Shown: positions 27,706-36,850, numbered from the stretch's first letter. The stretch is DNA of 64,000 nucleotides from a virus (IMGVR_UViG_2675903334_000001), one strand, 5' to 3'. Numbers and translations are program-made. The notes: generated by a model from the letters alone, not told the origin.

Positions 27706-28036
27706 GCGTATCCAGTTGCGGCGCACGAAGGGCTGGCGCAAGCCCGAAGGCGCCGTGACCGTCACGCGTGGAACCGACTGGGGCAACCCATTCCGCGTCG
27801 GCGACCAGTTCAGGATCGAGGCGCAGGGCACCCCGTTCTCGCCGGGCCAGTGGTACGCGTACGGCCACGACATCACGCCCGAGATCGCCGTGCTGTTGTT
27901 CCGTATCTGGGTGATCGGACGACCCGGGCTCATTGAGCAGATTCGGGTGGAGCTTGGTGGCCGCGACCTCGCGTGCTGGTGCTCGCCGGATTCGCCGTGT
28001 CATGCCGACGTGTTACTGGAGCTTGCCAACCGATGA
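27698..28036 (+). CDS. DUF4326 family protein
   Basis: VTRGTDWGNPF, LGGRDLACWC, CHADVLLELAN. Confidence 0.88.
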   Translation: MPERIQLRRTKGWRKPEGAVTVTRGTDWGNPFRVGDQFRIEAQGTPFSPGQWYAYGHDITPEIAVLLFRIWVIGRPGLIEQIRVELGGRDLACWCSPDSPCHADVLLELANR

Positions 28037-28314
28037 AGCAACCCCCCGAGCCCCTGGTCGTCGTGTGGCGCAACCGGATACCGCACCGCTGCGCGCTCAT
28101 CTATTGGGGTCGCCGGTGGACGTCCATCGGGCGGATGTGTCGCCTAATGCCAACGTGGAGTGCACATGCGCCTGTCAACGGTGCTGAGTACACCTGCATC
28201 CGTCGCAACGGCTGGAGTGCGATCGCCATGTACAACGCGGACGGTTCGCCACTGATGTTCGGTGCGAAGACGAACGACCCCGAGATCTCGATCGACGACT
28301 GGCCGATGCCATGA
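28033..28314 (+). CDS. Hypothetical protein
   Basis: ATGA-coupled at both ends. Confidence 0.5.
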   Translation: MKQPPEPLVVVWRNRIPHRCALIYWGRRWTSIGRMCRLMPTWSAHAPVNGAEYTCIRRNGWSAIAMYNADGSPLMFGAKTNDPEISIDDWPMP

Positions 28315-28439
28315 CCCGCACCCGTGAGAGCTCAGCCGCCTACCGCGCCGGTCTGTGCATCGACTGCCTGACCAAGCCGCACAGCCCCGGTCGGCCGCGG
28401 TGCGACGAATGCCATACGAAGTATCGGAGGGGTGCGTGA
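28311..28439 (+). CDS. 42-aa Cys-rich mini-protein, copy 2
   Basis: MTRTRESSAAYRAGLCIDC...CDECH. Confidence 0.6.
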   Translation: MTRTRESSAAYRAGLCIDCLTKPHSPGRPRCDECHTKYRRGA

Positions 28440-28599
28440 TGTCAAGCGAACTGACCGATTTCGCACCCGTACGGCGCGTCATCCCAAGGAATCCATTTCT
28501 GAGCGACAGTAGGCGGAGCGGTCCGAAATTGAGGTGAGAAAGGGCATCTGCGGTGTCCCAGGCTGGGTACATGCACGAAATCGTGAATCAGGAGAGGTA

Positions 28600-29430
28600 A
28601 TGCGTATCCGTTCCATCAAGCCCGAGTTCTGGCGCTCACAGGACATCAGCGCTATCGAGGACTGGGCCACGCGGCTGTTGTTCATCGGCTTGTGGTCGTA
28701 CGTCGACGACAACGGGGTCGGTGTCGATCGGGTGTCGAACATCGCCGCGGACTTGTTCGCCGACGACTTGGAGCGAGACCCTAGCGAGACATTCGCGAGG
28801 GTTTCGCGAGGGTTGCAGCAACTTGCCGAACGGTTTTCCATTGTTCGTTATGAGGTCGCCGGGCGGTCATTTCTGTTCGTCAACGGGTGGGCGGAGCATC
28901 AACGCATCGATCACCCGAATGTTCCTCGGTATCCGTTGCCTGACGGCACGATTGCCCATCCGACCAGCGAAAAGCCTTCCCGTTCGCGAAGTTCGGCGAA
29001 ATCCTCGCGAAAGTCTCGCGAGACCCTAGCGCCTGGAACAGGGGAACAGGGGAACAGGGGAACAGAACAAAAGAGAGAGAACGCGCGCGAGCGCGACGCC
29101 GATCCGCTCACGCCCGTCGAGCCGATCGCCCCACCGCTGTCGGTGATCCCGGACGACTGGGAGCCGAACCTGGTTCACCGATCCAAAGCCAAGGCGCTCG
29201 GCATCACCGATCTCGACGGCGCCGCCGAGTCGTTCCGGAACCACGCCCTGATGCAGGGCCGCATCGTGGCCAACTGGGACGCCGCGTTCGCATCCTGGCT
29301 CGCATCGCCGAAAACCGCGGCTGCCGAACGAGACCGCAAGGCGGCCAACGGTCCCGCCCAGTCGACCTCCGACCTGCGCGTTGCCCAAGCCCAAGCACTC
29401 AAGTCGAACGGTCGATTGGAGCTGGAATGA
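28600..29430 (+). CDS. Replication initiator / replisome organizer
   Basis: GGAG SD; MRIRSIKPEFW...RLLFIGLWSYVDDNG N-terminus; C-terminal F..H...NWDAAF..W DnaT-like motif. Confidence 0.8.
   Translation: MRIRSIKPEFWRSQDISAIEDWATRLLFIGLWSYVDDNGVGVDRVSNIAADLFADDLERDPSETFARVSRGLQQLAERFSIVRYEVAGRSFLFVNGWAEHQRIDHPNVPRYPLPDGTIAHPTSEKPSRSRSSAKSSRKSRETLAPGTGEQGNRGTEQKRENARERDADPLTPVEPIAPPLSVIPDDWEPNLVHRSKAKALGITDLDGAAESFRNHALMQGRIVANWDAAFASWLASPKTAAAERDRKAANGPAQSTSDLRVAQAQALKSNGRLELE
28773..29066. repeat. Candidate origin iterons in the replication gene: 4x GGAACAG(G/A) at 8-bp period, 2x GCGAGACCCTAGCG, 5x TCGCGA
   Basis: GGAACAG at 29035, 29043, 29051, 29059; 14-mer at 28773 and 29018. Confidence 0.55.
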
Positions 29431-29960
29431 CCCGCGACGAGGTGATCGACGTGCTGACCGCCGTCGTGGCCGCAGACCGGCGCACGGTGGGCAAGGCCGA
29501 TGTCGACGTGTGGCAGGCCGTGATTGGCGATCTGCCGTTCGACATGGCGGTCAACGCCGTGCGAGATCACCTGCGCGAGTGCCCGGATGTCTGGCTGCAG
29601 CCCGGCCACATCTACGCCCGCGTCAAGGCCAAGCGCCGCGACGAGCTCGCCCGCGAAAGTGCCGACGACCGCCGGGCCCGCGAGGACCAGCGCGACCTCG
29701 CCCTGGAAGCACGCAACCGTGAGCGGCTCGGCGAGCTCGTCGAAGCCGTTGGCAAGCCCCTGCGCCAGTTCGTCCGTCCGAGTGTGGGATCCGGCCCGGC
29801 GCACCCCGAGATGGCCATCAGGTGCCCGTGGGTGTCGTGTCGTGCGAAGGCTGGCCACCCGTGCGTCAACCACGACGGCAAGCCCCTCAAGGGCGGCGCG
29901 TTCCACCCCTCACGAACCGAGGCTGTAGAGCCCGCAGAACATCCACCCCTTACCGGATAG
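29427..29960 (+). CDS. Helicase loader/inhibitor-like (G39P-like) protein
   Basis: MTRDEVIDVL...DRRTVG..DV.VW...IGDLPFD.A..AVR.H pattern; follows initiator. Confidence 0.65.
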   Translation: MTRDEVIDVLTAVVAADRRTVGKADVDVWQAVIGDLPFDMAVNAVRDHLRECPDVWLQPGHIYARVKAKRRDELARESADDRRAREDQRDLALEARNRERLGELVEAVGKPLRQFVRPSVGSGPAHPEMAIRCPWVSCRAKAGHPCVNHDGKPLKGGAFHPSRTEAVEPAEHPPLTG

Positions 29961-30029
29961 TCACCAACCCCCCGAACGCCCACCAGCGTTCACCACAGCC
30001 CCAGGAATCGATATGCGAACGGAGACACG

Positions 30030-30395
30030 ATGACCCAGAAAGCAAGCCCCGAGTGGTTCACCTGCCCCGGACTGACGGACGGCGACCGCGTGGCCGTGCA
30101 GCTCGACGACGGCACGCTGGCCGAGGGCTACTGGTACGACGACGCGGTGCACGACGAGCCGCGAGCTGGCAGGTCGGCCAACCCACACTTCGGACGCGGC
30201 GACAGCACCGAGCCCTGGCGCATCGAGTTCGCCAGGGCGTTCTGGCCGAACCGTCCACCGGCGCCGTGGCGGATCCGCAAGCGCGATGGGGAGTGGCGCA
30301 TCGAGAAGCGTCAGACGCACGGATATGAGACCTGGTGCCGATTCGACACCAGCACCGAAGCGTTCGCGGCATTCGCGGCCGGGTGTGTGCGATGA
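30030..30395 (+). CDS. Hypothetical phage protein
   Basis: GGAG SD, 121 aa. Confidence 0.6.
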   Translation: MTQKASPEWFTCPGLTDGDRVAVQLDDGTLAEGYWYDDAVHDEPRAGRSANPHFGRGDSTEPWRIEFARAFWPNRPPAPWRIRKRDGEWRIEKRQTHGYETWCRFDTSTEAFAAFAAGCVR

Positions 30396-30562
30396 ACACT
30401 CTGGTAATCCTTTGGCACGAACTGGTTCTCCGTCACGGAGCGATATGGGTCGAGTTCGGGAAGTCGAACACCTCCAGAAGGCACGGTGTTGTCGTCGAAT
30501 GCCCCTGCGGTAAGCGCTGGCTGGCCCGCGCACCGTGGTTTAGGTCGGGCGGTGCGCGTTGA
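30392..30562 (+). CDS. Small hypothetical protein
   Basis: ATGA-coupled; CPCGKRW. Confidence 0.5.
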   Translation: MNTLVILWHELVLRHGAIWVEFGKSNTSRRHGVVVECPCGKRWLARAPWFRSGGAR

Positions 30563-30708
30563 GGCACGGCGACGCTGACCGGATGGTGCAGATGTGTGTG
30601 CACCTCGGTATGCCGCTACAGCCCTGGCAGCGCCGCCTACTCCAGCAGATCGAACAGATCGATATCGATGTCCAATTCACCGAAATGGTAAGGGGATTCA
30701 ACCGTTGA
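30559..30708 (+). CDS. Small hypothetical protein
   Basis: TTGA-coupled at both ends. Confidence 0.45.
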   Translation: MRHGDADRMVQMCVHLGMPLQPWQRRLLQQIEQIDIDVQFTEMVRGFNR

Positions 30709-31907
30709 CCAAGTGCAAGCGTTGTGAGCGCGCAACCGATCTGTTTGTATGCAAGGCCTGCATATCGGAGCTGCGCAAGCGGCTGGCCGACCTGCCATGG
30801 TGGCTCGATCGACTCACGGAGACCGCCGTCGGGCAGGCGAACCTTGGGGATGGGGCCCGCAAGGGCGAGGGTCGGGACGTGCTGCATGGCGACGACACGC
30901 TCGTGAGCCACGTCGAGCCGTTTCCGCGCGACAAGGACACCACCCCAACTCCGAGGGACCACCGGGACCGGCACCAGGCCGCACTCTGGCATGCCCTGGC
31001 GCTCGGCCGCGTCAACGGACGCGCCAGCGACGAGCTGGACAGGATCGGCAACGCGTTGTCGACCACGATCCGAGACATGTGCGAAACACGCGGGATCGAG
31101 GTGCCCGAGTTCCGCACGAGGCCAACGCCGTTGCCAATCGGCGAGCTGGAGAGCACGCCGCCGGTTGAGTTCAACGTCGATTCCGCGCCGCCCGCCCGGG
31201 CCGGCGCATGTCGGCGTTGCTTCGTGACACTGCCGACCTCGGTGTCAGGGCCCTTGTGTGACGACTGCGACGGCGCCCCGGAGCTGCAGACGCCGGACGA
31301 AGCCCCCGCGGCCAAGCTGCGCGTGACCTACGCCGGAAGGCGCGGAGAGGACACACTCTCGATCGCGACGACCGCGCGAATGGCCAAGTGGCTGTACAAC
31401 CACGCCGCCGATATTGCCCTGCAGGAGAACGGCGCCGAGATCTGCGACGAGATCGAGCACGTGTACCGAGCTGCGGCCCGGGTGGTCAACCGGCCACCAG
31501 AGCCAATGACCCTGGGGCCGTGTATCACCGACCCGGCGCCCGGCAAGGTGCTAAAGGAGCGAGCCGAGAAGGGCGACAGCACGACCCGGTGCGGGTATGC
31601 ACTCATGGCGCCAAGTCACAGCGGCACGATCGTGTGCCCGCAATGCGACACCGCGCATGTCGTGGCCGATGTGCTGGCCCGCAACCTCGGCGAGCTCGAC
31701 GATCGCAATGCCACCGTGCGCGAGCTCGTCGACGTGGTGCTGCCTCGCCTCGACGAGCACGTGCCGCAGCGGACGATCGAACGCTGGATACAGAACGGGC
31801 AGGTGCCGGTCCGCGGATACGACGCCCACGGTCACCAGATGGTTCGCATAGGCGACGTACGCACGGTGCGTGCCGAGCGGCCCCGCAACGCCAGGGAGCG
31901 TGGGTGA
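30705..31907 (+). CDS. Zn-ribbon and HTH protein, probable late-gene regulator
   Basis: TTG start; several CxxC pairs; C-terminal QRTIERWIQNG HTH-like; last gene of the early operon. Confidence 0.6.
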   Translation: MTKCKRCERATDLFVCKACISELRKRLADLPWWLDRLTETAVGQANLGDGARKGEGRDVLHGDDTLVSHVEPFPRDKDTTPTPRDHRDRHQAALWHALALGRVNGRASDELDRIGNALSTTIRDMCETRGIEVPEFRTRPTPLPIGELESTPPVEFNVDSAPPARAGACRRCFVTLPTSVSGPLCDDCDGAPELQTPDEAPAAKLRVTYAGRRGEDTLSIATTARMAKWLYNHAADIALQENGAEICDEIEHVYRAAARVVNRPPEPMTLGPCITDPAPGKVLKERAEKGDSTTRCGYALMAPSHSGTIVCPQCDTAHVVADVLARNLGELDDRNATVRELVDVVLPRLDEHVPQRTIERWIQNGQVPVRGYDAHGHQMVRIGDVRTVRAERPRNARERG

Positions 31908-32000
31908 ACTGAAGAAGTCGAAGTGTCGGACCCAACCCGCATACTTCGGCCAAGCGCACTCCAACACCGTTAGGAGGACGCATAACCCACGGGAGCACGC

Positions 32001-33041
32001 ATGGAGTTACCGGCCAATTCAATCGACAGTGCAGGAAAAGGCCCCCACTCGCCACTGGAGCGATTCATGCTCAGCGTCCGAAGCTTGGTAGACACAGCTA
32101 AGACCTACTACCGGTGGCAGAAGGAGGTCGGCGATCACCTGAGGGCACAAGGCCAGGCCGCCAAGTTCTACCGTGCTTTACCGCTGCTTTTATTTAGCTA
32201 TTTACTTTTGATCGCCTCGCCCTGGATGCTAAACGTGACCGCGATGAAGATTGCCGAACTTGAGGTGATTCACATTCCTCGTCTGTTCGCGCGGGTTAGT
32301 GGCGACCTGGCATTCTATCCGAATGGTTATTCCTTACTGGGGGCGATAATATATCTGCCAGTTCTCGTAGTATTCGCGCGGAAGAAAATCTCACCGCATA
32401 TCCGAGATTCATCTGGCTGGCGCAAAGCGGGGTATTGCATAGCCCTGCTTCTTTACACCGTATGGTCCGCCCTACTGCTATTCGCCGTCGCACGAATGGG
32501 GCTGCTGTTCGGCATCCAGTTCATGCTATCCACAGTACTTTGGATACTGATACTGTGCTTCTGGCTCACTCAGATCGGAATATACTTACTCACATTCACT
32601 ACATGGTTCTGGATTATGAAGATTGTTTCAATCTATAAACCATGGCTTGGCCTAGCAATAACTGGGCTGGCTTTCTATTATGGTGTGAACATAGCCCGCT
32701 TTCTCGCGGATGCTTCAAAGTTTGCATACCCCGCCAATCTCCACCACCTGTTCGGTGTTATTAGCGTCAGTGTGGTAGCTATCCAGTGGTATGCGACTGT
32801 CTGTAATTCCGTGGCCACGGCTATACCGTGGATTGTTAAATTCCGCATTGTTCTAGGGCTGCGGCGCGAGGGAGATTCATTCCGTGAAGGCTCCTACTAC
32901 CAGCGATGGTGCAACCAGGACCGGGACGAGTGGCCAACGGTTCGACAGGCTGTTATCGATGGGTGGAGGACGCGAGGCGAAAAATCAGACTCCAACCTCT
33001 GGCAGGTGACCCGTGAGGCATTTCGGGAGGTATTCCACTAA
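32001..33041 (+). CDS. AT-richer multi-TM membrane protein (moron)
   Basis: 346 aa, about 7 hydrophobic segments; visibly lower GC3 than neighbours. Confidence 0.75.
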   Translation: MELPANSIDSAGKGPHSPLERFMLSVRSLVDTAKTYYRWQKEVGDHLRAQGQAAKFYRALPLLLFSYLLLIASPWMLNVTAMKIAELEVIHIPRLFARVSGDLAFYPNGYSLLGAIIYLPVLVVFARKKISPHIRDSSGWRKAGYCIALLLYTVWSALLLFAVARMGLLFGIQFMLSTVLWILILCFWLTQIGIYLLTFTTWFWIMKIVSIYKPWLGLAITGLAFYYGVNIARFLADASKFAYPANLHHLFGVISVSVVAIQWYATVCNSVATAIPWIVKFRIVLGLRREGDSFREGSYYQRWCNQDRDEWPTVRQAVIDGWRTRGEKSDSNLWQVTREAFREVFH

Positions 33042-33086
33042 ACGTGCATCAGGGCGATTTCGGCCCCCTGGCGTAGAACCAGCCCC

Positions 33087-33409
33087 ATGGACGCGCGCAA
33101 GGCCATCGGCGAGATCATCGAGAGGCATCCCGAACCTGTTCAGCCTCACGCGCAAGGTGACCGTCGGTGCCGAATGTCGGCAACCTGCGCCTGCGCGTAG
33201 ACGATGGTCGCGATCTAGCCTTGTCCGTGTACCGATCACCGCGCGACCGTGGGCTGACGGCGAAGTGCGTATCTTCGCCACGGGGCGACGAGGTGGCCAT
33301 AGCCAACGTCCCGTCCATCCTTCCCATGCAGGATGCCCCCGCCCTAGCCTCGGCGCTCGCGGCCGCACACACTGCATGGCAGCGCAACAAGCGCGGTGAT
33401 GCTCACTGA
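33087..33409 (+). pseudogene. Frameshifted phage gene remnant
   Basis: MDARKAIGEIIE, then IPNLFSLTRKV...VPITARPWADGEVRI, then SPRGDEVAIANVPSILPMQDAP in three successive frames. Confidence 0.5.
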
Positions 33410-34353
33410 TTACGGGGCGTTAGCTTGTTCGATTTGGTTCGGTTGCAGCGCCAGCACAGCGTCTGCAGGTTCTCCACGGCTGTCATGCCGCCCTTGGATA
33501 CCGGAATGATGTGGTCCACCTCAAGAAGGAGGTGCGGCTCAGCGGCGAGGGACACCGAACAAGATTGGCACGTGTAGTTGTCTCGGGACTTGATGGTTGC
33601 GCGCAGTCTGGAGGTCATCATGGCGCGCTGCCCGGCGACGCTCTTTCGCCATCGGATCTTCTGCGAAAGGGTTTCTACGAGCACGTCGATCGTTGGGGCA
33701 TTCAACGTGATGGTGGCTCGCTGAGAGCTATTTCCGCCCGCGCTGACGTACTCAAAAATGTACACGGGGTACGGAACGGTAATCGTTGACAGGTTCACCC
33801 CCACATGCCGCATGAACGCATCCTTGTAGAGCCAGAGAATAAACGCCGGCGGGTTGATCGATTCGGTGATGACCTGCTCGCGCTGTTGAAGGTTGGCGAG
33901 GGCGGCTTCGAGTCGGGTGATGCTATTACCTAGATCTTCGGCCTGGGCGAGTTGGGTCTCATTTGGCTTGATGTTGAAGTACTTCATCAAGTACTTGAGG
34001 GGGTCGGCGCTAGCGTTGCGCACGACTTGCAGCGAGCAGTTGTGCACGTTAGGTGCTTGATAGCTCGCCATATTTCGGTCGCGGTGGTAGTTCCAATGGC
34101 TAGTGTTCTGGAACGATGCGAGGTGCGCATGCATGCCCGTGGGCGAGAAGCCGAGTTGGAATAATCCCTTGCTGCGAATTTCCTGGGTGTAGGCGGCAAG
34201 TTCGTTGTGCTCTGCGACGAATGTCGCGATGTTGTTCTTGTGCGCCAAGAACTCTGGGCTACGGAAGTACACCTCTCTGAGGATGAACGTAACAGCCCAG
34301 AACAAGCCGAATGCCCCCACGAGGACAGCGGCAATCGTAATAATGGCATCCAT
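33403..34353 (-). CDS. Membrane-anchored HNH endonuclease
   Basis: N-terminal TM; C-terminal RDNYTCQSC...EVDHIIPVSKGG...NLQTLCWRCNRTKS. Confidence 0.88.
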   Translation of the reverse strand: MDAIITIAAVLVGAFGLFWAVTFILREVYFRSPEFLAHKNNIATFVAEHNELAAYTQEIRSKGLFQLGFSPTGMHAHLASFQNTSHWNYHRDRNMASYQAPNVHNCSLQVVRNASADPLKYLMKYFNIKPNETQLAQAEDLGNSITRLEAALANLQQREQVITESINPPAFILWLYKDAFMRHVGVNLSTITVPYPVYIFEYVSAGGNSSQRATITLNAPTIDVLVETLSQKIRWRKSVAGQRAMMTSRLRATIKSRDNYTCQSCSVSLAAEPHLLLEVDHIIPVSKGGMTAVENLQTLCWRCNRTKSNKLTPRNQ

Positions 34354-34577
34354 ACCCGTCCGCGATCCTCACATGCGTTCCGTTGAACGCTTGGAACTGT
34401 AGCGACGCACGGCGCTAATTTCCGGGCCTTCCTGAAATCAAGCTTTTGATCAGGCCGGGAGTGCCGGCGGCCCAGCGCCTCGCGTGCGACACGCTGGGCC
34501 TTGGATAGCCCTCCCGACCTGCGCGTATGGCAAAATGGCGCTCAACATGTCGGTGGGACCACTATGTCCGCTGCATG

Positions 34578-34605
34578 AAAACCCCGGCCTAGCTGGGGTT
34601 TCTTC
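34578..34605. terminator. Probable bidirectional intrinsic terminator
   Basis: AAAACCCCGG-CCTAG-CTGGGGTTTCTTC. Confidence 0.6.
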
Positions 34606-34624
34606 GTTGTACGGGGTGGCCTCG

Positions 34625-34864
34625 CTAGCCCTTTGACCGGCGCGGGTCATTCCCCGGCGGCACGGTGTTCTTCTCGCGGACCTTGCCCTTCTTGTCGTGG
34701 ATCAAAAGCTCGCCGCCACCGAGGTTCCCGACAATCTCCTTGGCGCGTTTCTCCGCGTCGACCTGACGGTCGAAATGTCCGCTGGACCTCTCCGCGTCGG
34801 CCTTCTTGACATCCCAGCCGCCATCCGGGTTGGGCACGACATGTCGATCGTTTGGATTGCTCAC
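34625..34864 (-). CDS. DUF2188 family protein
   Basis: HVVPNPDGGWDVKK...F..Q..A...AKEI...ELLIH...GKVRE. Confidence 0.85.
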   Translation of the reverse strand: MSNPNDRHVVPNPDGGWDVKKADAERSSGHFDRQVDAEKRAKEIVGNLGGGELLIHDKKGKVREKNTVPPGNDPRRSKG

Positions 34865-34899
34865 CGCACGGCCTCCCTCTGCTGATCTTGATCGGTGAG

Positions 34900-34977
34900 C
34901 GGAGCGTACGCAGGCGGGCTGCCACGTCGAGGCGAATTCGCACAACCAAATGCGCACGTTCCGCCGTGCGTGCTCCG
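34900..34977 (+). other. Predicted long structured RNA in late-operon leader
   Basis: CGGAGC/GCTCCG, ACGCA/TGCGT, GGCGG/CCGCC nested pairings. Confidence 0.4.
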
Positions 34978-34995
34978 ACAGCCCGGGAGATCACC

Positions 34996-35205
34996 ATGAA
35001 ACGCACCATTGCCCGCGCACTGCGCAGGCTTGCCGACAAGCTTGATCCGGCAGGCCAGCGCACCAGCGTCACGAACATCACCGTCAACAGCACTCACTGC
35101 ACCATCGATGACGCAGAGCGCCGCCTAAGGGATGCGTACGCGAGGATGTCCGCCGCAGGGAAGGCTGACGGCGAACAGCTCTCGCGGCGCATGCGGGATC
35201 TCTGA
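34996..35205 (+). CDS. Hypothetical protein
   Basis: GGAG SD; first late-operon ORF. Confidence 0.55.
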   Translation: MKRTIARALRRLADKLDPAGQRTSVTNITVNSTHCTIDDAERRLRDAYARMSAAGKADGEQLSRRMRDL

Positions 35206-35606
35206 TGACCAACCAGCTGTTGGTGGATCTGCTCACCCGCACGTTGGCATCCGGTGCACTACCGCATCCCGGCGATGCGAATTCGGGCCCGCGGACTATC
35301 CCAATTCCCGGGTTCCGCACAACCGGGATGTCCGATGAGCAAGCCGAGGAAATGGTCGGCCAGGCCGCCAAGATGTGGGCCGAGGCACTGGAGTCGGTCA
35401 TCACCGCCGAGTTCGTGACGCTCACGAAAGCCGATGCGGCGCAGCTGCGCCAGGACGCCGCAGAAGCGCCGGACGGCACACGCATCGTCACGCTGTGGGA
35501 CCGCGCCGACCATCAGCGCACCAATCCCCTGCTGGTGCTCACCGTCGGCAAGACCAATGACGTGACGATCGATGCCCGCCTTCTGAGAAAGATTGCAGCC
35601 CCATGA
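35205..35606 (+). CDS. Hypothetical phage protein
   Basis: TGATG-coupled. Confidence 0.65.
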   Translation: MTNQLLVDLLTRTLASGALPHPGDANSGPRTIPIPGFRTTGMSDEQAEEMVGQAAKMWAEALESVITAEFVTLTKADAAQLRQDAAEAPDGTRIVTLWDRADHQRTNPLLVLTVGKTNDVTIDARLLRKIAAP

Positions 35607-36001
35607 GTCATATCAAGATCACCGTTGACGGCAAGACCCTGATGGACGCCGACCCTGGCACCTGGCGCGCGACGCCGCCCAACCTCCCCGACCTCAAGCG
35701 TCAATCAGGCGGGCAGGGTTGGGGTCTGGCTGTCATGGCCACCCTTGCCCAGACGGCGACGCTCGCCGGGCTGGGACAGCCCACCGGCAACACCACGATG
35801 ACCATCACCACCCACGCCAAGGGTTGGACGCTCGATGTCGAGCAGGACGGCAGCGAGCCATCCGTCGTACCCGCGCAGGTCATGCCATCGCCGACCGCCC
35901 CGCCTGCCCGCGCCGAGGCCGACACAAGCCCCGGGCGCCAAGGGTTCTCGCCGGATGTGCTGACCATGGATGAGCCCTATGTCGCCGAGGCCCGGCCGTA
36001 A
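35603..36001 (+). CDS. Hypothetical phage protein
   Basis: ATGA-coupled. Confidence 0.6.
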   Translation: MSHIKITVDGKTLMDADPGTWRATPPNLPDLKRQSGGQGWGLAVMATLAQTATLAGLGQPTGNTTMTITTHAKGWTLDVEQDGSEPSVVPAQVMPSPTAPPARAEADTSPGRQGFSPDVLTMDEPYVAEARP

Positions 36002-36374
36002 GGCCAGCACCACCGATCGCGGTCTGGGCTGGAAACACCAACAGCACGCCGAGGGCCTGCTACGTCGCCACGTCGACGGCACGCTGTGCTGGTGGTGCGC
36101 ACTGCCCATGTTCAAAGCGCCCTTGCTGGAACGCAACTGGGACCGCAAGCAGCTGGCCGCTGACCATAGCCAGGCTCGGGCATTCGGTGGGCAACGCGCC
36201 GATCGGCTGCTGCACGGCGTATGCAACAGCCAACGCCAAGACGGCCGCCACGACGCCCACCGGCCCGCGGTACTCGACGTTCACCCCTCGCAGTGGTCGA
36301 CAGCCCTTGCGACACTGGGCATCACCACCGCCGCGGCCATCGTCACTGCCGACAACCTGGCGATGGACTGGTGA
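35970..36374 (+). CDS. Packaging-associated HNH-like protein
   Basis: TTDRGLGWKHQ...CWWC...LAADH...RLLHGVCNSQR; upstream of terminase. Confidence 0.75.
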   Translation: MSPMSPRPGRKASTTDRGLGWKHQQHAEGLLRRHVDGTLCWWCALPMFKAPLLERNWDRKQLAADHSQARAFGGQRADRLLHGVCNSQRQDGRHDAHRPAVLDVHPSQWSTALATLGITTAAAIVTADNLAMDW

Positions 36375-36823
36375 CCCTGTATCTGGTGACTGGCCCGCCG
36401 GCGGCCGGCAAGTCCACCTGGGTGCGCCAGAACGCCCGCCACGGCGACATCACCATCGACTACGACGCCATCGCTTCGGTGCTCACCCCGGCGGGCGGCG
36501 ACCCGCACGACCCGCCGCAGCACATCCGCGCGGTCACCAAGGCCGCACGGCTAGCCGCGATCGACACCGCGCTAATGCTGGCCGATCAGTGCGACGTGTA
36601 CCTGATCCATTCGATGCCCGGCGAGGGCCTGCTCGCGCGCTACCGGGCTGCTGGCGCGCAGGTCATCACCATCGATCCAGGTCAGGGCGTGGTCATGGCC
36701 CGGTGCAAGGCCGAGCGACCCTGGCGCATGGCGCAGGCAGCAAAACACTGGTACGCCGAGCAGTCCCACAGCAAACATACCGACCCTGCCAGCAAACATG
36801 ATGGAGGTGTGATGTCGTGGTGA
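36371..36823 (+). CDS. Small P-loop (AAA-like) ATPase
   Basis: LVTGPPAAGKST Walker A. Confidence 0.8.
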   Translation: MTLYLVTGPPAAGKSTWVRQNARHGDITIDYDAIASVLTPAGGDPHDPPQHIRAVTKAARLAAIDTALMLADQCDVYLIHSMPGEGLLARYRAAGAQVITIDPGQGVVMARCKAERPWRMAQAAKHWYAEQSHSKHTDPASKHDGGVMSW

Positions 36824-36850
36824 TGGCCAGCCGAAAGGCTGAAAACGTAC

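Larger units (their letters stand above)
26197..28439 (+). repeat. 129-bp near-perfect direct repeats (26197-26325 and 28311-28439) flanking a four-gene module
   Basis: Direct sequence comparison, few mismatches. Confidence 0.95.

Noticed and set aside
26197-28439. Insertion sequence or composite transposon
   Set aside because: Flanks are direct 129-bp coding repeats with no terminal inverted repeats and no transposase inside
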